A program made the position numbers and the translations under genes. Shown here one piece after another: positions 36,336 to 42,158 of a DNA stretch of 42,158 nucleotides. The stretch comes from Deltaproteobacteria bacterium (GTDB lineage Bacteria; Desulfobacterota; DSM-4660; Desulfatiglandales; Desulfatiglandaceae), in contig QMLQ01000001.1 in the NCBI GenBank assembly GCA_003646815.1, positions 1-42,158 on the forward strand, read 5' to 3'. Each line of letters opens with the position of its first letter. Positions within the stretch are counted from its first letter, which is position 1. The notes under the pieces are model-generated. The model worked only from the letters and a program-made list of their open reading frames with translations. It had not been told where the DNA came from and did not search any database.

Positions 36336-36922
36336 GGATGAAAACCTTTGGCAATAAGGTATATTTCTCGGCTCTTTTTCCGCGTGGCACCGGTCCTGAA
36401 AATCCGTACCTCTTTATACCGGAGGGCCACCTCATCTCGAAAACCCCGGAAATCCTCCCCTTCGAAAACTTTGCAAATGAAACGCCCCCCAGGGCAAAGC
36501 ACACTCGATGCAATCTCCGAGGCCTTCCTCACCAGATCCATGGATCGTGCTGCGTCTACCTCCTTGATACCGGTGGTCCGGGGCGCCAAGTCACTCATGA
36601 CCACCTTCAAAGGGCAACCTGCATCCTCCAATGATTCCGGATCCAGCAGAAGGATATCCGCCTTCAGAAAACGGAACCGGGGATCAGAGAGGTGGTCCGG
36701 AACCTTGAGATCAATTCCGGTTACAAGGCCTCCGGGTTTGATTTTCAAAAGCGCATACTGGGACCAGGAGCCGGGATAACACCCAAGATCGAGCACATGG
36801 TTTCCACGGGCAAATATCCTGAATTTTTGGTCGATTTCCTGTAACTTATACACGGACCGGGCCAACCAGCGCTCTTTTCTGGCCTGCCGGGTATAGTGGT
36901 CCTCCCATTGATTCCGCTTCAT
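36332..36922 (-). CDS. rlmE: 23S rRNA (uridine2552-2'-O)-methyltransferase RlmE/FtsJ
   Basis: It has RSVYKLQEIDQKF, VLDLGCYPGSWSQ, DLAP and FICKVFEG motifs. The start is set at MKRNQW (36922), and the stop codon lies inside the repeat end. Confidence 0.9.
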   Translation of the reverse strand: MKRNQWEDHYTRQARKERWLARSVYKLQEIDQKFRIFARGNHVLDLGCYPGSWSQYALLKIKPGGLVTGIDLKVPDHLSDPRFRFLKADILLLDPESLEDAGCPLKVVMSDLAPRTTGIKEVDAARSMDLVRKASEIASSVLCPGGRFICKVFEGEDFRGFRDEVALRYKEVRIFRTGATRKKSREIYLIAKGFHP

Positions 36923-37069
36923 TAGTGTCCCTGTCGATTTTGACCCTTTTCTACCACAGATACGGCTGGTTTGCAAAATAAATAGTCTCCATCCGTGCCT
37001 TGATAATTCTTGAACCCGCTAATCACCCGCAGCATGGAAGCTAATTCATCTCAGGTGTAATCTTATGCA

Positions 37070-37098
37070 TTGACTCCGCGAGGTAATCACGATAAATT
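37070..37098 (+). promoter_or_regulatory. Candidate sigma70 promoter for the TRAP transporter operon
   Basis: The region reads TTGACT, a 17-nt spacer, then TAAATT, about 60 nt upstream of the dctP start. Confidence 0.3.
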
Positions 37099-37157
37099 AC
37101 GACCGTGCGGATTTGCGGTTCAGGCTTTTAACTAATAATATTTATGAGGAGGGAAAA

Positions 37158-38231
37158 ATGAAAAAGGGAAATAAATTTCTGGTTTATGGATCACTTTTCA
37201 TCATTGTCATGTTTTTTCTTTTCACAAATGCCTCGGCCAAGATGGTTGTGAAGTTCGGTCACGTGGCCCCTCCCTTCCATGGGCAAAGTGTTGGAGTCGA
37301 TCACTTTGCCAAATACGTGATGGAAAAGACAAACGGGGAGGTGGAAGTCAGGACCTACCCCATGGGACAACTGGGCGGAGAACGATCAATGGCCGAACAG
37401 GTCCAGTCAGGAAGCCTGCAGCTGGCGGCCATCACCAGTGCGGTGATGTCCAATTTTGTGCCCCAGGCATCCCTCATTCCGCTTCCTTTTGTTTTTCCTG
37501 ACCGGCGCACCGCGTATGCTGTTCTGGACAGCGAAATCAGGGAAAAACTTTTCAGCTATTTCCCCGCCAAGGGTTTTATGGTACTGGGATTCACCGAGAA
37601 TGAGTTCAGGGATCTCACCAATTCCAAGCGGCCCATCAGGAAGCCTGAAGACCTGAAAGGATTGAAGATCAGACTCATGGAAAGCCCGGTCTACATTGAC
37701 ACCTTCAAGCAGATGGGCGTCAACCCCGTTCCAATGCCCTTTCCAGAGGTGTACAACGCCCTGCAGCAGGGTGTGATTGACGGGCAGGACAATCCCCTTT
37801 ACACCTCCGTTCTGATGAAATTTACGGAAGTCAACAAATACGTCACCATCACCCATCACATCCTGACGGAATGTTTCATTATTGCCAACCTTGACTGGTG
37901 GAATTCCCTTCCCGCTCGTGTTCAAAAAATTATGCGGGATGCGGCATATCAGGTGGAAATCGTTAATCGAGGTCATACCCTCAGGGATATGCTGTCCATG
38001 AGCGTCATGAGCAAGAAAGATCCCAAGACGGGCAAGGTGAAGCCAGGTCCGAGCATCTATGCAGTCGCCAGAAAGCAGAAGGTTCAGATTATTGAACTGA
38101 CCCCTGCGGAAAGAGAGGCTTTCAAAAAGGCCATGACTCCTGTCTACGCGAAATACCGGTCCATCATTGGAGCCGATCTTTTTGACGCATTCATGGCAAA
38201 GATCAAAGAGGTCAACAAGTATGCAAAATAG
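37158..38231 (+). CDS. dctP: TRAP transporter substrate-binding protein (DctP family)
   Basis: The start at MKKGNKF has GAGGAGGGAAAA upstream and a signal-like N-terminus. DctP-type motifs are present (GERSMAEQVQSGSLQLA, GLKIR, ALQQGVIDGQDNP). Confidence 0.9.
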   Translation: MKKGNKFLVYGSLFIIVMFFLFTNASAKMVVKFGHVAPPFHGQSVGVDHFAKYVMEKTNGEVEVRTYPMGQLGGERSMAEQVQSGSLQLAAITSAVMSNFVPQASLIPLPFVFPDRRTAYAVLDSEIREKLFSYFPAKGFMVLGFTENEFRDLTNSKRPIRKPEDLKGLKIRLMESPVYIDTFKQMGVNPVPMPFPEVYNALQQGVIDGQDNPLYTSVLMKFTEVNKYVTITHHILTECFIIANLDWWNSLPARVQKIMRDAAYQVEIVNRGHTLRDMLSMSVMSKKDPKTGKVKPGPSIYAVARKQKVQIIELTPAEREAFKKAMTPVYAKYRSIIGADLFDAFMAKIKEVNKYAK

Positions 38232-38324
38232 TGCGACCCCATTGTGATTTGCGTCTTCTAATGGGAGGCCTGAGAGGAGTTGTCCTTCCAGGCCTCTCCA
38301 TTTATGTCACTTTCGTATATGCAC

Positions 38325-38819
38325 ATGTCCAAAATTATCCGAACCCTGAACTATCTTGAAGAACTCTTGCTGGGATTGACCCTCCTGGGGCTGGCTATCT
38401 TTGTCTTTATCCAGGTCGTGCTCAGGTACGGCTTTCATTTCGCCTTCAGCTGGGCCCAGGAGCTGGGACGGTATCTCACTATTTTCTTGACATTTCTTGG
38501 CGCCAGCCTGGGGGTGAAATACGGCACCCATTTCAGCATGGAGGCCATGATAAAATATCTGCCCTCCCGGACAAGCCACCTGGTACAGGCCGTAGCAAAT
38601 CTTCTCTGCGGTGTGTTTTTCATTCTCATCATCTATTTTGCCCTGGTGCAAATCCAAAAACTCCACCGATACGGCGCCCGCACGGCCACACTCCATATGC
38701 CCATGTATATCCCGTATATTCCCATCCCGGTCTTTTCGATAACCATTGCGATACGGTTTTTCCACGCGGCCTATTCTCACACGCGACAGGCCCTTGGCCA
38801 TGAACCCGGTGAATGCTAA
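38325..38819 (+). CDS. dctQ: TRAP transporter small permease (DctQ family)
   Basis: It has four hydrophobic helices and the typical N-terminus LEELLLGLTLLGLAIFVFIQVVLRY. The start is uncertain (38304 or 38325). Confidence 0.8.
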   Translation: MSKIIRTLNYLEELLLGLTLLGLAIFVFIQVVLRYGFHFAFSWAQELGRYLTIFLTFLGASLGVKYGTHFSMEAMIKYLPSRTSHLVQAVANLLCGVFFILIIYFALVQIQKLHRYGARTATLHMPMYIPYIPIPVFSITIAIRFFHAAYSHTRQALGHEPGEC

Positions 38820-38834
38820 AGGGGCGATCCTGAT

Positions 38835-40112
38835 ATGATCCCTACAATAATCATCACTTTTCTCATCCTGCTCCTGATCAGTGTCCCCATTTCCGTCACC
38901 CTGGCAATTGTCACAGCCATAGCCCTTTTCTTTTTTACGTCGTCACCCCTTCTGGTAATCCCTCAGCAACTTTTCAATGCCCTTGATAATTTTGTCATGC
39001 TCGCGGTTCCCTTTTTCATCCTCGCAGGCTCCATTATGACCGAAGGGGCAATGGCCCGGCGATTGATCAATGTAATGAATTTTCTTGTGGGGCATATCCG
39101 GGGAGGAGGTGCTGTCGCTTCTGTGGTGGCCTGCATGTTCTTTGCAGCCCTGTCGGGATCGAGTCCTGCCACAGTTGTTGCCATCGGGTCTATCATGATT
39201 CCCGCCCTGGTCAAGTCAGGATATGATGAAAATTTTTCGGTCGGCCTTCTTACCTCTGCCGGTTCCCTGGGCATTGTTATTCCCCCGAGTATCCCAATGA
39301 TCTTCTATTGCCTTGTAATGAATGTCTCGGTGGCTGAACTCTTCATGGCGGGGATCCTGCCGGGTATCCTGATCGGCGCCATCTTCATCGGGTACACCCT
39401 TTATATGTCCCGGAAGCATAACTGGAAGGAAACCAAGAAATATACTCTGAAGGAAGGGATCGCCATAATAAAAGAGGGAATATGGGGGCTTTTCCTCCCC
39501 ATCATCGTGCTTGGGGGGATCTACTCCGGGGCGTTTACCCCAACGGAGGCGGCAGCTGTTTCAGTGGTGTATGCCATTTTTGTGGAACTGGTGATATACC
39601 GGGAAATGAAATTGTCAAACCTGAAGAAAGCCCTGGTGGGCTCGGCAGTCCTCTCCGCCTCGCTCCTCTTTATCCTGTCCTGTGCCATGACGTTCATCTG
39701 GCTGCTGACATCTGAGCAAATCCCCCTGCATGTAGCGGAATTCACCGTGGGATTTGCCAAGACATGGTGGATCTTCCTGGCCCTCGTCATGGTTCTTTTT
39801 CTCATCATGGGATCGGTGATGGACGATGTCTCCGCCATGATGATCCTTTCCCCTATCTTCCTCGAGACCCTGCGGCGATTTAATATCGACCTGGTGCATT
39901 ACGGTATCGTCATGGTCCTGGTCATCGAGTTCGGCTTCCTGACTCCCCCATTCGGGCTGAACCTCTTCGTCACCATGGGAATCACCCAAAAAAACCTGGT
40001 CCAGGTGAGCCGTGCCGTGGCCCCCTTTCTGGTCCTCCTGCTCATCGCACTGGTGATCATTACCTACATACCAGCCATCTCCCTCTACCTCCCCATGAAG
40101 TTCCTACGATAA
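38835..40112 (+). CDS. dctM: TRAP transporter large permease (DctM family)
   Basis: The 425-aa polytopic protein has AVPFFILAG, FFAALSGSSPATV and LTPPFGLNLF motifs. Confidence 0.92.
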   Translation: MIPTIIITFLILLLISVPISVTLAIVTAIALFFFTSSPLLVIPQQLFNALDNFVMLAVPFFILAGSIMTEGAMARRLINVMNFLVGHIRGGGAVASVVACMFFAALSGSSPATVVAIGSIMIPALVKSGYDENFSVGLLTSAGSLGIVIPPSIPMIFYCLVMNVSVAELFMAGILPGILIGAIFIGYTLYMSRKHNWKETKKYTLKEGIAIIKEGIWGLFLPIIVLGGIYSGAFTPTEAAAVSVVYAIFVELVIYREMKLSNLKKALVGSAVLSASLLFILSCAMTFIWLLTSEQIPLHVAEFTVGFAKTWWIFLALVMVLFLIMGSVMDDVSAMMILSPIFLETLRRFNIDLVHYGIVMVLVIEFGFLTPPFGLNLFVTMGITQKNLVQVSRAVAPFLVLLLIALVIITYIPAISLYLPMKFLR

Positions 40113-40212
40113 GAACATCAAAAAATATCTGGCTATTTGCAAATTTTGCTGCACATATTACAATAAAACAAAGTGCGAGGAGCCACAAAAGGAACACCGG
40201 AGGTTTTTTTTC

Positions 40213-41088
40213 ATGGAAAAAGTTCAAATCGATGGAGTTGATCTCTATTTGAGTCAACCGGATGAGTTGCCCATGTCCTGGGTGGGGCAACCCGAGCTTG
40301 TCACCCAAGTCCTTGCAGCCTGGCTGGTCATAGGCGAAAATGATTTTCCCCTCAATCCCAGGCTTGTCGGGAAACCAGGGGTTGGCAAGACGACCCTGGC
40401 CTACCACGCCGGCAGGAGCCTTGGCCGGCCCGTGTACCTTTTCCAGGCAACCATGGACACCAGGCCGGAGGATCTCATTGTAACACCGGTCATATCGGAG
40501 GAAGGAAAAATAAAATACATGGCCAGCTCGGTGGTTTCAGCCATGATCAAGGGTGGAATCGCCATCATTGATGAGGGGAACAGGATGAGTGAAAAAAGCT
40601 GGGCGTCCCTGGCTCCCCTGCTGGACAGCCGACGCTACGTGGAATCGGTGGTGGCTGGAATCAAGATCTCTGCGCACCCGGATTTCCGTTTCTGTACAAC
40701 CCTGAATGACGATGCCAGTACATTTGAACTCCCGGAATATATCCATTCGAGGCTGCAGCCCCGGATCTATATCGATTTCCCTGAAAAGGACGAGGAGCTT
40801 GAGATTCTCCACAAAAACCTGCCATTCGCCGACGAAGAAATCCTGCAGTATGTGGTCGACTTTCTTCAGACCGCTCACGAAGCCAACGAACGATATTCAG
40901 CAAGAGACGGAATCAACATCGCCCGCTATGCCCTGAAACGGCTCGTGGGCCGCCGCGAGGGACTGAACAAAGCAGAAAAAAGATTGAAAACCCTTTTTCT
41001 TCTGAAAGAGGCGGCCTCGATGATCCTGGACAAGACCGCGTCAGATTATTTTGGGGAAATTGTAGATGACCGGGATTTTGAACAATAA
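40213..41088 (+). CDS. MoxR/CbbQ/NorQ-like AAA+ ATPase (AAA_5 type)
   Basis: It has Walker A (GKPGVGKTTLA), Walker B (IAIIDEGNR), and an LPEYIHSRL sensor region. The single AAA module is 291 aa. Confidence 0.85.
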   Translation: MEKVQIDGVDLYLSQPDELPMSWVGQPELVTQVLAAWLVIGENDFPLNPRLVGKPGVGKTTLAYHAGRSLGRPVYLFQATMDTRPEDLIVTPVISEEGKIKYMASSVVSAMIKGGIAIIDEGNRMSEKSWASLAPLLDSRRYVESVVAGIKISAHPDFRFCTTLNDDASTFELPEYIHSRLQPRIYIDFPEKDEELEILHKNLPFADEEILQYVVDFLQTAHEANERYSARDGINIARYALKRLVGRREGLNKAEKRLKTLFLLKEAASMILDKTASDYFGEIVDDRDFEQ

Positions 41089-42158
41089 CTTCACCTGGAA
41101 AAACGTTCGGTTTGTTCCTGTTCTACACAACAGGATTGAATTTGCCGTGGAAGTGCGCCGCCAGTTTGAGGAGTTTCAGCCGGATGTGGTGGCGGTGGAA
41201 TTTCCAGGCACCCTGGAGAAAAAAATTATCCAGGGGGTGGAGCGACTTCCGCTCCTTTCGGTCGTCTTTTATGAGGAACAGGACGGCACGTTTACCTATC
41301 TTCTCCTCGAGCCCACCGACGGGCAGGTGGAAGCCCTCCGCCTGGCCCGGGCAAAGGGTGTCCCGGTTCGATTCATTGATCGGGATACTGAAGGGTACGG
41401 AATGGATTTCTCCCCCATGCCCGACCCCTATGCTGCTGCCAAAATTGGTCATTTTCTCTACGCACGGGCTTACGTCCACATCCATCATGGGGACAAGCCG
41501 TCACCTGATGACCTCCTCCGGGAAAAAACTATGGCCTACCATCTCCAGCAACTAAACAGGGGGAAAAAACGGGTCCTTTTTGTGTGCGGGCTTTCTCATC
41601 TCCCGGGAATCCTTGAACTTCTTAATTATCCACAGACCCAGGTGATAGGCCGGCGCGAAAGGCAGGGAGTGGGTATCGCCCATCTCCATGAAAAATCCAG
41701 CCGAGAGATCATGACTGAAATGCCGTTTCTTGCAGCTGCCTATGAAAGGGCAAGACCCGAACCACTCATTGGTCTGGATCGCCTTGAAATAAACAGCCGG
41801 CTTATCGATCTGGCAAGGGAAAACTACTGGAAGCACAGTAAAGAAGAGCTCTCCAGGTCTCAGTTGAAAACCCTCTATACATTCAGCAGAAATTACGCCC
41901 TCATCACAGGGGCCCTTGTACCCGATTTTTATCAACTGGTGGTGGCCGCAAGAGGAGTTGCCGATGATGATTTTGCCTATGAGGTGTGGGACCTGGGAAG
42001 CCGGTATCCCTGGCAGGACGAAGCACCCGGGCTGCCCGTCCTCAGGCTTCGCGGGGAAGACCTCTACCTGGACCGCAAGCGCATCAGGTTTCACCGTCGA
42101 ATGAAGACCATGCGAAGACGCCTTATACCTGTTCCGGTCAGAAAAAAGAAGCGGGAGC
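41066..42158 (+). CDS. Large uncharacterised protein, N-terminal 364 codons, runs off the window end; DUF5682/YehM-like (TraB/GumN-like N-terminal fold) by memory
   Basis: I translated it codon by codon. The frame is open with no stop from the ATG at 41066, which is immediately preceded by an in-frame TAG, to 42158. It overlaps the ATPase gene by 23 nt, with GGGGAAA upstream. The N-terminus VRFVPVLHNRIEFAVEVRRQFEEFQPDVVAVEFP...ALRLARAKGVPVRFIDRD resembles the start of DUF5682 proteins. It is absent from the supplied ORF track because it is open-ended. Confidence 0.65.
   Translation, partial: MTGILNNNFTWKNVRFVPVLHNRIEFAVEVRRQFEEFQPDVVAVEFPGTLEKKIIQGVERLPLLSVVFYEEQDGTFTYLLLEPTDGQVEALRLARAKGVPVRFIDRDTEGYGMDFSPMPDPYAAAKIGHFLYARAYVHIHHGDKPSPDDLLREKTMAYHLQQLNRGKKRVLFVCGLSHLPGILELLNYPQTQVIGRRERQGVGIAHLHEKSSREIMTEMPFLAAAYERARPEPLIGLDRLEINSRLIDLARENYWKHSKEELSRSQLKTLYTFSRNYALITGALVPDFYQLVVAARGVADDDFAYEVWDLGSRYPWQDEAPGLPVLRLRGEDLYLDRKRIRFHRRMKTMRRRLIPVPVRKKKRE

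Noticed and set aside
41112-42094. The track lists ORFs 41112-41555 (+, 147 aa) and 41552-42094 (-, 180 aa).
   Set aside because: Both lie inside the 1093-nt uninterrupted frame starting at 41066, which has a coupled start and a protein-like, family-like sequence. These two have no start context or recognisable motifs.

Overview
The window is a 42 kb stretch of bacterial chromosome, moderately GC-rich by eye. Its gene content suggests an anaerobe, possibly a deltaproteobacterium-like syntroph or sulfate reducer, but that is only a guess. Most of it is densely packed housekeeping and metabolic genes. On the minus strand these include mobA-fdhD-mce, a CDF transporter with a DUF3108-like gene, an AICARFT-only purH with folE2, yebC-ruvC-ruvA-ruvB, and rlmE. 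On the plus strand they include a cyclophilin, a co-directional FGGY kinase / sphingosine-1-phosphate-lyase homologue / divergent adenine-deaminase-family trio, an OmpR-type two-component pair, a PfkB kinase, dinB, tatD, two EamA transporters, and a TRAP transporter (dctPQM). A further plus-strand run reads LsrF-like aldolase, Zn-dependent dehydrogenase, class II aldolase, YhaM-like HD nuclease, patatin-like protein, and a GAF protein carrying only a histidine-kinase DHp domain. There is one tRNA-Pro(TGG). I saw no CRISPR array, rRNA, intact mobile element or recognisable phage or defence island. Six things stand out. (1) A family of structured intergenic repeats has two modules and at least six copies, which sit at gene ends and inside operons. 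(2) Several genes are decayed: an IS91-type transposase N-terminal relic next to tRNA-Pro, an MFS fragment, and a truncated (possibly internally deleted) yyaL-like gene. (3) A MoxR/CbbQ-like AAA+ ATPase is translationally overlapped by a long open frame that runs off the window and is missing from the supplied ORF track; it looks like the uncharacterised YehL/YehM (DUF5682) type module. (4) A eukaryote-like S1P-lyase homologue sits in an unusual operon context. (5) Two signalling architectures are odd: a Usp-REC fusion and a GAF plus DHp protein with no ATPase domain. (6) A 288-nt structured spacer lies upstream of the class II aldolase. All functional names come from by-eye motif recognition, and no database search was run. 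I found no clear-cut novel system, and the AAA+/DUF5682-like pair is the best candidate.
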